A stretch of DNA of 64,000 nt from Patescibacteria group bacterium. GTDB taxonomy: Bacteria > Patescibacteriota > Patescibacteriia > UM-FILTER-42-10. The position numbers were made by a program, and so were the translations under genes. Below the pieces are notes generated by a model. It was not told where the DNA came from and did no database searches. It saw only the letters and a program-made list of their open reading frames with translations. The stretch is from assembly GCA_041666845.1 (NCBI GenBank), contig JBAYGC010000002.1, positions 12,499 through 76,498 on the forward strand, given 5' to 3'. Shown piece by piece: positions 38,515-47,928 of the stretch. Position 1 is the stretch's first letter. The number at the start of each line of letters is the position of its first letter.

Positions 38515-39282
38515 TTATTTATCTTTTTGGTTAAGCCATTTGATTATACCATCCGCTAATCTCTTTGAATCCTTATCCTGATGAAGCGTGTGTCCGGCAC
38601 CCTTAATCACCAACTTATTCTTTATTTTGGTATTCAGATCACTATAAAATTTTCTGTTCAGTTTTAAAATCCGCGGATCTTCGGCCGACCCATAAACCAT
38701 CAATACCGGGCATTCAATCTTGCTAACATACTTTGGCATATCGTATTTTCTTGCCTCATTATAAACTGCGATGCCGATTTTCACCTGCTTCTTCTGAATT
38801 GTGGAATATTCAAAAGCCCAACCTTGTTTTAGGAGCAGTGTAAAATTATCTCTCATTTCAAATACCGCCGGCACGTCATATGTTGGACTTTGCAGAATCA
38901 ATCTGCTGATTCGCCGGTCTCTACTCGCGATAACTGTTACTGCTGTACCACCGATCGAATAACCTACGAGAATATATTGCTTCTGATTCAAATACTTTAA
39001 AGTATGAGAAACAACTTGTTTAATATCCTGAACATAACCGCCAACTGTGAAATCAACCAGCTTGCCGGAACTCTTGCCCGTACTGTTGGTCGCATCAAGA
39101 CGTACAGTAGTAAAACCTTTCTCTCTGAGCGCACGTGCGACTTTGGCAACCTGTGGGGTTCCACCAAAAGAACGGTAGCCATGACATAAGACAACCAGCG
39201 GACCCGGCTTTTTACTTTTCCATTCAATTACCGCGTAAATTGTTTTTCCTTTTTTGTTTTTTATCCGGATTTCTTTTTTCAT
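38515..39282 (-). CDS. Alpha/beta hydrolase
   Basis: GYSIGG nucleophile elbow (GxSxG) with a C-terminal His. Confidence 0.7.
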   Translation of the reverse strand: MKKEIRIKNKKGKTIYAVIEWKSKKPGPLVVLCHGYRSFGGTPQVAKVARALREKGFTTVRLDATNSTGKSSGKLVDFTVGGYVQDIKQVVSHTLKYLNQKQYILVGYSIGGTAVTVIASRDRRISRLILQSPTYDVPAVFEMRDNFTLLLKQGWAFEYSTIQKKQVKIGIAVYNEARKYDMPKYVSKIECPVLMVYGSAEDPRILKLNRKFYSDLNTKIKNKLVIKGAGHTLHQDKDSKRLADGIIKWLNQKDK

Positions 39283-39283
39283 G

Positions 39284-39754
39284 CTAACTTCTTTCCAGAA
39301 TTATTTTAATATCTCTTGATGCTCGGGGCAGATATTTTGACTGCAGATAATGGCAGGTTATTTCCTCATCCAGATCCTGGTTGATTGCACGATTACCCAG
39401 CCGGTGTACTCCGTCCACCACGAGATATATTTCCTTCGCTGGATGATAGAATATCAGTATATCCCCCGCCGGTACGTCATCATAATCATAGAAACTTTTG
39501 AAATGATCCTCATTGACCTTGGTCTGCGCCAACGCATAGACTTCTTTCAGCCTGACCGGCAAATACTCATCATCTTTTTCCGCCTCTTCAATAGCATTGG
39601 TAATAATTCCGCACTTCTGGTATCGCGGCAGATAGTAGTCCATGATATCAGATACTTTCTTTTTCTCCGAAAATTCCCGCTTGCCTAAAAACAGCCAGGT
39701 CTTTTTCACCCTAACGCGGATGTCTTTACTGTATTTTTCCAGAAAGTCTGACAT
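39284..39754 (-). CDS. ParB/Srx-like nuclease domain protein
   Basis: VVDGVHRL matches the ParB-like DGxHR signature. Confidence 0.4.
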   Translation of the reverse strand: MSDFLEKYSKDIRVRVKKTWLFLGKREFSEKKKVSDIMDYYLPRYQKCGIITNAIEEAEKDDEYLPVRLKEVYALAQTKVNEDHFKSFYDYDDVPAGDILIFYHPAKEIYLVVDGVHRLGNRAINQDLDEEITCHYLQSKYLPRASRDIKIILERS

Positions 39755-39873
39755 GCAATAAGTATAGCAATTCCGGTGTAAAACGAAAGCCTGCTGATTT
39801 CAAACTGGATATTTGTGTGTTATGCTAGTGGGGTATAATATTACTAATCTAAATAAAAACAGGTAAAATAACC

Positions 39874-40869
39874 ATGAATCTGGATAAGCTATACGCGATA
39901 ATGGAAGATCAGCCGAAATATCGTCTAACGCAGGTTAAGGATGCAATTTTCAGACTGCTCATCACCGACTGGAATGAAGCAACCAATATTCCAAAAAAAA
40001 CCAGGGAAAGACTAAGCGCGGAGTGCCCGCTTAAAATAAATGGCGAGATTTTTGCGTCCAAAGACAACAAGACAACGAAAGTGTTAATCACGCTTGAAGA
40101 CGGACTGCAGATTGAAACCGTTTTACTGATTCACAAAGACGGACGTCATACTGTCTGCGTATCAACTCAGGTGGGCTGTCCAATGGGATGTACATTCTGC
40201 GCCACCGGCAAACTGGGGCTGAAAAGGAATCTGACAACCGGTGAAATACTGGATCAGGTTTTATTTTTCTCCAGAATATTAAAGAAAAAAGATGAGCGCG
40301 TTTCCAATATTGTTTTTATGGGCATGGGAGAGCCGTTTCTGAATTATGACAACGTGCTTTCGGCAATTAACTATTTGAATAAAGATTTGGGTATCGGCGC
40401 CCGCCATATTTCCGTCTCCACCTGCGGAGTGATTTACGGTATCAATAAGCTGGCGGACCTTGATCTGCAAATTAATCTTGCAATCTCCCTGCACGCGCCC
40501 AATCAGAAATTGCGTGATCAACTGATGCCGGTCAGCAACCACACTCCGCTGGATAAATTATTTGAAGCGGTAGATAATTATATTGCCAAAACCGGCCGGC
40601 GCGTGATGTTTGAATATCTGATGATTAAAGATGTAAATGATTCTGTAGAACTGGCGAAACAACTGGCGAAGCTGATGACTAAGCCTTTGTACATGGTCAA
40701 CTTGATTGCCTATAATCCGACAGATGTTTTCAAGCCGTCCGATAAACAGACAATTGAAGCTTTCAAGCAGGTTTTAGAGAAAGCCGGCGTCACCTTCACT
40801 CAGCGTTACAGTTTCGGCCAGGATATTAATGCCGCCTGTGGCCAGCTCGCGAATAAGACAAGTAAATAA
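39874..40869 (+). CDS. rlmN: 23S rRNA (adenine2503-C2)-methyltransferase, radical SAM
   Basis: CxxxCxxC radical SAM motif (CPMGCTFCATG) in RlmN/Cfr context, plus the C-terminal conserved Cys. Confidence 0.85.
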   Translation: MNLDKLYAIMEDQPKYRLTQVKDAIFRLLITDWNEATNIPKKTRERLSAECPLKINGEIFASKDNKTTKVLITLEDGLQIETVLLIHKDGRHTVCVSTQVGCPMGCTFCATGKLGLKRNLTTGEILDQVLFFSRILKKKDERVSNIVFMGMGEPFLNYDNVLSAINYLNKDLGIGARHISVSTCGVIYGINKLADLDLQINLAISLHAPNQKLRDQLMPVSNHTPLDKLFEAVDNYIAKTGRRVMFEYLMIKDVNDSVELAKQLAKLMTKPLYMVNLIAYNPTDVFKPSDKQTIEAFKQVLEKAGVTFTQRYSFGQDINAACGQLANKTSK

Positions 40870-40938
40870 ATACGAATAGAATTTTTTTCGTCAATTTATA
40901 ACAAATAATTAACATCCTTAAATATTTATATCAATGCA

Positions 40939-41364
40939 ATGGCCAAAGCACAAATTAAAGGGCACCAGGTAGTCTGTTCCGCGTTTATTGAAAAAAACAA
41001 AAGGTTTCTAATTGTCATGGATCCGAAATTCAAAGTATGGCGGGTTCCCGGTGGCAGAGCGGAACACGGCGAAAAAATAGAAGACACGCTGATTCGCGAA
41101 ATGCAGGAAGAAACCGGCATAACATTTTCCGATCCGGAATTCATCGGTTTCGGCCAGGACCAGCAGTTTAAGGTAGATGATAAGCTGGAGACCTCCCGCC
41201 TGATTATGTATTTTCATGTACATACCGACCTGGAACCCGTACTCGACCCAAAGGAAGCTGAGCATCATAAGTGGGTTTCGCTTGACGAACTGAAGGAAAT
41301 AGATTTAGATAACAAGGAAGGAGCCCTGACCGATTTCTTCAATCGCAACCCTAATTTTAAATAA
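40939..41364 (+). CDS. NUDIX hydrolase
   Basis: Nudix box GGRAEHGEKIEDTLIREMQEETGI. Confidence 0.75.
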   Translation: MAKAQIKGHQVVCSAFIEKNKRFLIVMDPKFKVWRVPGGRAEHGEKIEDTLIREMQEETGITFSDPEFIGFGQDQQFKVDDKLETSRLIMYFHVHTDLEPVLDPKEAEHHKWVSLDELKEIDLDNKEGALTDFFNRNPNFK

Positions 41365-41376
41365 TAAGCATATTAT

Positions 41377-41754
41377 ATGGCCAATAATATCATTGTAAAA
41401 GAATCAAAAATCAATAACAAAGGTGTTTTCGCGGGTAGGGATTTCAAAAAAGGTGAAATAGTTCTTCCGTGGCAGGCAAATACCATTCTTACTATGGAAG
41501 AAGTAAAAAAACTTCCGCCGGAAGAAAGACACTATATTGCAAATTTTAAAGACGGGCAGTTTCTGCACCAGCAGGAGCCGGAAAGATATGTAAATCATTC
41601 CTGCGATCCAAACACCGAATCCGGAGAAAATTGCGATATTGCGATCCGGGATATCAAGGCGGGTGAAGAAATAACTTCCGATTATGCAAAAGCTAAAATG
41701 AATATTCATTTTGAATGCAACTGTGGGAGTAAAAACTGCCGGAAACAGATTTAA
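41377..41754 (+). CDS. Minimal SET-domain protein (putative lysine methyltransferase)
   Basis: Motifs NKGVFA (GxG), NHSCDPN, EEITSDY and the post-SET CNCGSKNC in 125 aa. Confidence 0.7.
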   Translation: MANNIIVKESKINNKGVFAGRDFKKGEIVLPWQANTILTMEEVKKLPPEERHYIANFKDGQFLHQQEPERYVNHSCDPNTESGENCDIAIRDIKAGEEITSDYAKAKMNIHFECNCGSKNCRKQI

Positions 41755-41769
41755 ATCATTTAAACAAGC

Positions 41770-42108
41770 ATGAACGAACAAAAACTCAGACCAGATAGTT
41801 CAGATAAACCTATAAGTTTTGAAGAAGCATATCAGCAATTGCAGGAAATCATTGCAGTTCTTGCGGAGCTCGGATTAAACATCCCTGATTATTGCCACTC
41901 GGAAGAAATAATCAGAGAACAATGGGATGATAATTACCGAATTCCTTTTCCGGTCGCAAGAGATGGGGCTGACGGTATTAGGGCAAGTCGAAGACGTGAC
42001 GGTAAAGGATTTATAATATCATTCACTAACGGCTTTGAAAATTCAGATGATCCCAAGCGTATGGAGATTACTGAAGTACTCAGAGAAAAAGGTTTCGACG
42101 TTGTATAA
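41770..42108 (+). CDS. Hypothetical protein
   Basis: ORF only. Confidence 0.3.
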   Translation: MNEQKLRPDSSDKPISFEEAYQQLQEIIAVLAELGLNIPDYCHSEEIIREQWDDNYRIPFPVARDGADGIRASRRRDGKGFIISFTNGFENSDDPKRMEITEVLREKGFDVV

Positions 42109-42117
42109 GTATCAATT

Positions 42118-42555
42118 ATGTTTACAATCGGAGCATTCGGCATAATAGTGGATGAAAAGAAGCGGGTCTTACTTTGCCACCGCCGGGATTATGATCTCTG
42201 GAATCTGCCCGGAGGCAAGGTAGAAGCAAATGAAACTCCCTGGGACGCTGTAATTCGAGAGATAAAGGAAGAAACGGGACTGGATGCTAAAATTACTCAT
42301 CTGGCAGGCGTGTACAGTAAGCCGGATAAAAATGAAATCGTCTTTTCTTTCATTTGTGAAATAACAGGCGGTGAAATTACACTGACTGATGAAGCGGACA
42401 TAATAGAATATTTTTCCGCGGACCAGATTCCCAAAAACACTTCACCAAAACAAGTAGAGCGGATTAAAGATTATTTTGCGGATCAATTCAAAACTCACTA
42501 TAAAGTGCAAACTGGCGCGTCATCAATTGATCTGGCCAAAGCGGGAAAATTATAA
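42118..42555 (+). CDS. NUDIX hydrolase
   Basis: Nudix box GGKVEANETPWDAVIREIKEETGL. Confidence 0.75.
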   Translation: MFTIGAFGIIVDEKKRVLLCHRRDYDLWNLPGGKVEANETPWDAVIREIKEETGLDAKITHLAGVYSKPDKNEIVFSFICEITGGEITLTDEADIIEYFSADQIPKNTSPKQVERIKDYFADQFKTHYKVQTGASSIDLAKAGKL

Positions 42556-42566
42556 TAAAGAAAAAT

Positions 42567-43217
42567 ATGTCTAAAGCAGTTATTTTTGATCACGACGGGG
42601 TTATTATCGACAATCAACCGGCTCAAAAGTTGGCATGGAAAAAATTGTTTGATGAATACGGTTTTACTATTTCAAATGAGGAAATGAGCCAGAATATTAG
42701 AGGAAGATCAACATTTGAGGGACTAAAAAAATTATTTAGAGGTAGGTTCTCTGATAATGAATTACTGGCAATTGCTAAAAGAAAAGAACAACTATATACA
42801 GACATTTTTCAAAAGGACTTCCGAGCTGTTAAGGGGTTCAATGCTTTGGTGGAAGATCTTAATAGAAATAATATCCCAATGGCAATTGCCACTTCAACTA
42901 CAAATGAACTTTTAAACTATTCTATAAAGCGAATGCAAATCGGTAATTTTTTTGATGTTATTGTAACGGCCGAAAATATTTCGAAATCCAAACCTGATCC
43001 GCAAATTTATTTGGTGACCGCGAGCAAACTGAAAATTGAACCGGCTGATTGCATTGTTTTTGAGGATTCCTTTTCCGGAATAAGATCAGCTAGGGCTGCA
43101 GGGATGAAAGTTATTCTTATGGAAACAACTCACAAAAGAGAAGAGTTTAATGATGAGATAGAATTGGCAATTAGTGATTTTACTGAAGTGTCTGTTTTGC
43201 AAATAAAAAAACTCTAA
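42567..43217 (+). CDS. HAD-IA family hydrolase (beta-phosphoglucomutase-like)
   Basis: Motif I FDHDGVIID, motif II (ATS), and C-terminal EDSxxG and K motifs. Confidence 0.8.
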   Translation: MSKAVIFDHDGVIIDNQPAQKLAWKKLFDEYGFTISNEEMSQNIRGRSTFEGLKKLFRGRFSDNELLAIAKRKEQLYTDIFQKDFRAVKGFNALVEDLNRNNIPMAIATSTTNELLNYSIKRMQIGNFFDVIVTAENISKSKPDPQIYLVTASKLKIEPADCIVFEDSFSGIRSARAAGMKVILMETTHKREEFNDEIELAISDFTEVSVLQIKKL

Positions 43218-43307
43218 AAAAATCATAACTAAAACGCCTTTCGACTAGCTCAGCAAATAATTCGTCTTCGCTCGGGGCGTTCTTGTGTTATCTGAATTAT
43301 TCGAACT

Positions 43308-44528
43308 TTAGAATTTGCTCTTCCTCAAAATATATACCATCAAAAGCAATTGAAAAATGCCGACCGCTAACGGAGCAACCAACAACCCTGTTTCCCGCGA
43401 GGTAATTTGAATAATGAAAAATAATATCAGAACGCTGGATATCCTGCCGATGTTCAAAAATAACTCTTTATCAAAAACAAACATGTATTGATTATCCTGA
43501 CCTTCATTTGATTCATCATCCATGATATCTAAAAGCAACGGCTCAATCGTCAGCCATTGGAAAATAGTAGTAATTCCTGAAAATAGAACAAAAATTAAAA
43601 TATTCAGCGGATGCTCCAGTAATAGCAGTAAGGCGGAAAATATTATATACGACGATAATGATACAAAATAAACCGGCTTCCGATGATTATGTTTTGCCAA
43701 ACGCCCATACAGATAAGTAATAACCACCACAAATAAAGTTACGATTGTGCTAATCGTCCCCAAAACCCCTTCTTCACCAAGATAAAACAAAATCAGTAAA
43801 GTCGGTAGGAAGAAGCCGATTCCCTCCAGAATGCCCATGGCAAAACTGATGAATCTTACCTTGTTCCATTTTGGAGAAATATGGAACTGGATTATTTTAT
43901 TTATTTTTGGCGTTGCATAATCTGTCTTTAAAACCACTACTCCTGAATATATCAATACGACCATGGCAAACACGCTCAGAATCCAGTAGGCCGTGGTCGG
44001 CGTGTATAACCCGCCGCCTTCGCCCAAGACAATCAACCACCCCACTAAGAATGTAACAATAAGGGAGATTAAGGAGTTTAATAAGGAAGCGATGCTGTAA
44101 AAATAATTCCGATGCTGGGATTTTGCTTCCTGAAAGGACAAAAAATTACGGTTAGCCCAATAAATGCCGGCGCCGAAACCATAAACTCCTCCGTAAGCAA
44201 AAAAATCCCAGACACTGTTACCGGAAAAAAATACGGTGACTACTATAGAAACGGCGGAAACGATCAAACCGACTAAATATAGTTTGGCAATTTTAATTTT
44301 TTTCAACAGCAGGCCGTTAATATAAAAACCAAGCGGTAAAAACATAAAAAATCCCACGTTGTAAATAACCACATCGGGTAGTGATGAAGTGCTCCGCCAG
44401 ATAAAAGAATTAATAAACAAAGATAAAAGCGGAGACGCAATGCTACGCAAGGCAAAAGAAGTCATCAACAGTCTGGACTTCAAAGGAAGCGTTTGATAAT
44501 GATTCCATTCACGTAAAATAATATTCAT
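43308..44528 (-). CDS. MFS-like 12-TM transporter
   Basis: Twelve predicted TM helices in two halves. No specific family signature. Confidence 0.45.
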   Translation of the reverse strand: MNIILREWNHYQTLPLKSRLLMTSFALRSIASPLLSLFINSFIWRSTSSLPDVVIYNVGFFMFLPLGFYINGLLLKKIKIAKLYLVGLIVSAVSIVVTVFFSGNSVWDFFAYGGVYGFGAGIYWANRNFLSFQEAKSQHRNYFYSIASLLNSLISLIVTFLVGWLIVLGEGGGLYTPTTAYWILSVFAMVVLIYSGVVVLKTDYATPKINKIIQFHISPKWNKVRFISFAMGILEGIGFFLPTLLILFYLGEEGVLGTISTIVTLFVVVITYLYGRLAKHNHRKPVYFVSLSSYIIFSALLLLLEHPLNILIFVLFSGITTIFQWLTIEPLLLDIMDDESNEGQDNQYMFVFDKELFLNIGRISSVLILFFIIQITSRETGLLVAPLAVGIFQLLLMVYILRKSKF

Positions 44529-44649
44529 TCGGTTATGAATGCTTGATAACTCGGATATATTACTGCATTGTAGTGTTATTCAAGGTAATGGTCAATCAAA
44601 AACTGCCCATCAATCAGAATGGGGGCAGTCTTTGATTGGTCAATTTAAT

Positions 44650-46239
44650 TTATTGGATGATTCCCCCACCGACCTGTACGCCGTTTCGGTATTCGATTGC
44701 AAACGGGAAGAATCCGGCATTGATGATCGGCTGTCCGTAGCGGTTGAAAATCCTGACATGTGGTCCTCCGCCCGGTCCGGCACCGGTAATAATCTCGTCC
44801 CGGCCGTCCTGATCCAAATCGGCGATTCCGACGTTTACTCCCCCGCGAAATGCGGTGTCATAGGCGAAAAATCCCGGAGTAAATTTAACATTACCATAAG
44901 GGTCAAAAATTCTGACGTGCGCTCCCATACGGACGTTGGTTCCGGTAATTATTTCATCCCGGCCGTCTTTATCCAGGTCACCGGCGGCAACTTTAATCCC
45001 GTGTCGGAGATCCTCACGATATGCGAAAAATCCCGGTGAGAATTTAAGATTGCCATTGCCGTCGAATACTCGGACATGTGGTCCGCCACCGGATTCGGTT
45101 CCGGTGATTATTTCCGCCCTACCGTCGCCATCCAGGTCACCGGCGGCAACTTTTACGCCCAGTAAGTAGTTGTAGTTATACGCAGAAAACTCTTTCATTA
45201 GAAAATACTTTCCGTCACGATATTCAAATACTCTCACCAAATGCCCGCCGACTCCGGCACCCGTGATTATTTCTTTCGTTCCATTGCCGTCGACATCGCC
45301 GATCGCCACATTTACGCCTCCGCCGAAATTTTCGTCATATGCCATAAAAGAATTAATTTGCGTTCCTTCAATACTAAACAATCTCACTTCCGGTTTTCTG
45401 CCGTCCTGCGGGCCGACAATAACTTCCGCTATTCCGTCCAGTGTGATATCGCCGACCGCTAAATTTATACCACCGAGAAATTCTTTTTCATAAACCAGAA
45501 ATTCTCTGACAAAATTGCCGTTTTTGCCGTAAACCTTCACGTATGGTTCTTCCCATTTGCTGGTGGCAACAACAATACCGGTTGATTTTGATTCTCCACT
45601 TTGAGACGGTGGTTCTACTATAGGATCATTATCATCTATCGGCGTAGTTGCTGTTATTCTGGAAGTAATTATTAATTTATCCTGATTACTAAATGTTAGC
45701 GACATAAATGCCTGGTAAGCGTTTCTATCAGCATAAAAAACATCAACAGTATGATTTGTCCCAGTAATCAGTACAGTAGCAGTTTCAGTTCTTGGCGCAT
45801 GTAACCCGGAATTATTAATTACCAACTGGCCGTCATAATATACCCAGGAATCATCATCGCTTGTTATTGAAATTACATAATTACCAGGAAATTCTGTCTT
45901 TACGTATGACTGCCAGTGTACACCAAAATTTCTGTCGTGACCGAGATTATCCTCCTCTTTTGCAGTATCAAATGGAAAAAAATCTCCGCCGAAATTTAAA
46001 TTTTCATCTGTCCGGTTATACCGAAAATAAGTATTGTCATACCAGTCAGTATTCCAACTACCCAATGGATCACCATGTTCATTGTCGGGCCATAGATTGC
46101 TTGGCATCGCCATTTCATGATGTGATTCGGAGTAATTATAATAAATGCCATACCAGCCGGCATCACCTTCGGCACTACGTACCCCGAACGGGATAAATAA
46201 TCCGATTACTGCCAAAATTAATATTGATTTTTTAATCAT
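44650..46239 (-). CDS. Secreted PA14-domain + FG-GAP (integrin-alpha-like beta-propeller) repeat protein
   Basis: Signal peptide, then a PA14-like stretch (GNYVISITSDDDSWVYYDGQLVINN), then about seven repeats of AxGDxDGDGxxEIITG...GPHVRVF. Confidence 0.65.
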   Translation of the reverse strand: MIKKSILILAVIGLFIPFGVRSAEGDAGWYGIYYNYSESHHEMAMPSNLWPDNEHGDPLGSWNTDWYDNTYFRYNRTDENLNFGGDFFPFDTAKEEDNLGHDRNFGVHWQSYVKTEFPGNYVISITSDDDSWVYYDGQLVINNSGLHAPRTETATVLITGTNHTVDVFYADRNAYQAFMSLTFSNQDKLIITSRITATTPIDDNDPIVEPPSQSGESKSTGIVVATSKWEEPYVKVYGKNGNFVREFLVYEKEFLGGINLAVGDITLDGIAEVIVGPQDGRKPEVRLFSIEGTQINSFMAYDENFGGGVNVAIGDVDGNGTKEIITGAGVGGHLVRVFEYRDGKYFLMKEFSAYNYNYLLGVKVAAGDLDGDGRAEIITGTESGGGPHVRVFDGNGNLKFSPGFFAYREDLRHGIKVAAGDLDKDGRDEIITGTNVRMGAHVRIFDPYGNVKFTPGFFAYDTAFRGGVNVGIADLDQDGRDEIITGAGPGGGPHVRIFNRYGQPIINAGFFPFAIEYRNGVQVGGGIIQ

Positions 46240-46275
46240 TTTTTTACTAATTTATTCATTTATCAGCAACGTTGG

Positions 46276-46304
46276 ATACTATCATATTCATGGCTCGCTG
46301 TCAA
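46276..46304 (-). promoter_or_regulatory. Sigma70 promoter (TTGACA-17-TAGTAT) of the PA14/FG-GAP gene
   Basis: Perfect -35 and near-consensus -10 on the minus strand, about 37 nt upstream of the ATG at 46239. Confidence 0.5.
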
Positions 46305-46313
46305 TACTCGAAG

Positions 46314-46337
46314 AAAAAAACGCTATATTTAGCGTTT
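46314..46337 (-). terminator. Intrinsic terminator of the AMP phosphorylase-RuBisCO operon
   Basis: Minus-strand AAACGCT-(6 nt)-AGCGTTT hairpin followed by T7. Confidence 0.55.
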
Positions 46338-46369
46338 ATTACCGTCGACAATAATTTGTGTCGAAAAGC

Positions 46370-47872
46370 TTAGGTAATGGTAAAAATATTGATTTTTTCA
46401 ATAGCCTTTTTTGCCAGTTCAATTCTTTCCCTGCGATTTGCGTAGAAGGTAAACAATTTACTGCCTTTCTTCACTTCCTGTCCGACTCTTTTGTGCAAAT
46501 AAATACCGGCCAGCTTTTCAGACGGAGCTCCTAAGGTTCTTGCGATCTCATCGATTGCTTTATTGTCGACTGCGGTTATTTTCCCTTCTTGAGAGGAAAG
46601 CACGCGGTAATATTCACCACCCAAAACCACCGCGTCGGAATCAATTGTTGAATCACCGCCTTGTTCTTTGATCACCACCTGCATTTTTTTCCACGCTTTG
46701 CCGGAAACTAGAATTTCTTCTGCGACCGACTTTCCCTTTCCGCGCGCTACCTGCCCTGATATTTCCAGAAGTTTTCCAGCCAAAATCAGCGCCTTATTTT
46801 CCAAATCTTTCGGCCGGTTGCTTTTTTGCTGCAATACCCGCAGGACATCGCGTGATTCCAATGCCGGTCCAACTCCCCTCCCCACCGGTTCATTGGCCAA
46901 TATTTTTTCCACATGAACTTTAATTCCAAAACGTTTACCTAAATACATAAACTTCTTTTCTATTTCATTCGCGGTTTTCATATCCGGAATTTTTGACGTA
47001 ATACCGACCGGCATATCAATAACGAGGTATTTGATGCCCATGGCAACCTTTTTCGCCATGATACTTACCACCATTTTATCAAACGGTTCCAAGGAAAGCG
47101 GTTTGGTTACCTGAATAATCAAATCATCCGCCGGCGCGATATTCAAACCTCCGCCCCAGATCATACATACTTTGTTTTTCATCACCATCTGTTTGATTCT
47201 GGACATGGAAAATCCGACTGGGGCCAATACCTCCATAGTATCCGCAGTACCCGACGGTGAAGTGATTGCCCGAGACGAGGTTTTCGGAATATACAAACCA
47301 AAAGCCGCAACAATCGGCACAACGATCATGGTTGTTCTATTTCCAGCTAACCCACCGACGGAATGTTTATCAACTACTATTTTATTTCCGGAAAATCTCA
47401 ATTGTTCTCCAGTCTCCGCGATTGACTTTGTAAGAAAATACAGTTCTTGAGGAGTATAAGGTCGGGCAAAACTGGATGCGACAAAATACGATGTCTCCAC
47501 CGGTCCTAATCTACGGCTGACGATATCCGCAATGATCGAATGAATTTCATCATAGCTTAAAATGCCACCCTTGATTTTTTTATTAATTGCTTTTACGGAC
47601 TCCGGGCGCTCAACGATTGAAACTTCAATTATTTGATCCTTCTTCATCGGATACTTTGCCCAAATCTCTTCAAAGAGACCGATCTCTCCAGGCTTTATTT
47701 CATTTTCCGCCAGATTTACCGTAGCAAATATTCTTTTGCGGTTATGCCAGGACAACCCGATATGATCATTGGCACGAATACCAAAATTCAGCGCTTCTTT
47801 TTCATTCAAAAGAATCTTCGGCATTTCGCCGGTTTCAATATCAATCTTTTTTGCTCTCAAATAAAAAGCCAT
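46370..47872 (-). CDS. deoA: AMP phosphorylase (archaeal-type, thymidine phosphorylase family)
   Basis: 500 aa with an N-terminal extension. The glycosyltransferase family 3 core has HSVGGLAGNRTT and TSSRAITSPSGTADT. It is co-operonic with RuBisCO and the R15P isomerase. Confidence 0.8.
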   Translation of the reverse strand: MAFYLRAKKIDIETGEMPKILLNEKEALNFGIRANDHIGLSWHNRKRIFATVNLAENEIKPGEIGLFEEIWAKYPMKKDQIIEVSIVERPESVKAINKKIKGGILSYDEIHSIIADIVSRRLGPVETSYFVASSFARPYTPQELYFLTKSIAETGEQLRFSGNKIVVDKHSVGGLAGNRTTMIVVPIVAAFGLYIPKTSSRAITSPSGTADTMEVLAPVGFSMSRIKQMVMKNKVCMIWGGGLNIAPADDLIIQVTKPLSLEPFDKMVVSIMAKKVAMGIKYLVIDMPVGITSKIPDMKTANEIEKKFMYLGKRFGIKVHVEKILANEPVGRGVGPALESRDVLRVLQQKSNRPKDLENKALILAGKLLEISGQVARGKGKSVAEEILVSGKAWKKMQVVIKEQGGDSTIDSDAVVLGGEYYRVLSSQEGKITAVDNKAIDEIARTLGAPSEKLAGIYLHKRVGQEVKKGSKLFTFYANRRERIELAKKAIEKINIFTIT

Positions 47873-47895
47873 AATTTTTGTTTATTGTAATAATT

Positions 47896-47923
47896 GGTAA
47901 CTGGTAATTCGTAATTAGTAATT
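47896..47923. repeat. Short tandem heptamer repeat (GTAATTN x4) in deoA-rbcL spacer
   Basis: Sequence GGTAACT GGTAATT CGTAATT AGTAATT. Confidence 0.5.
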
Positions 47924-47928
47924 ACAAG

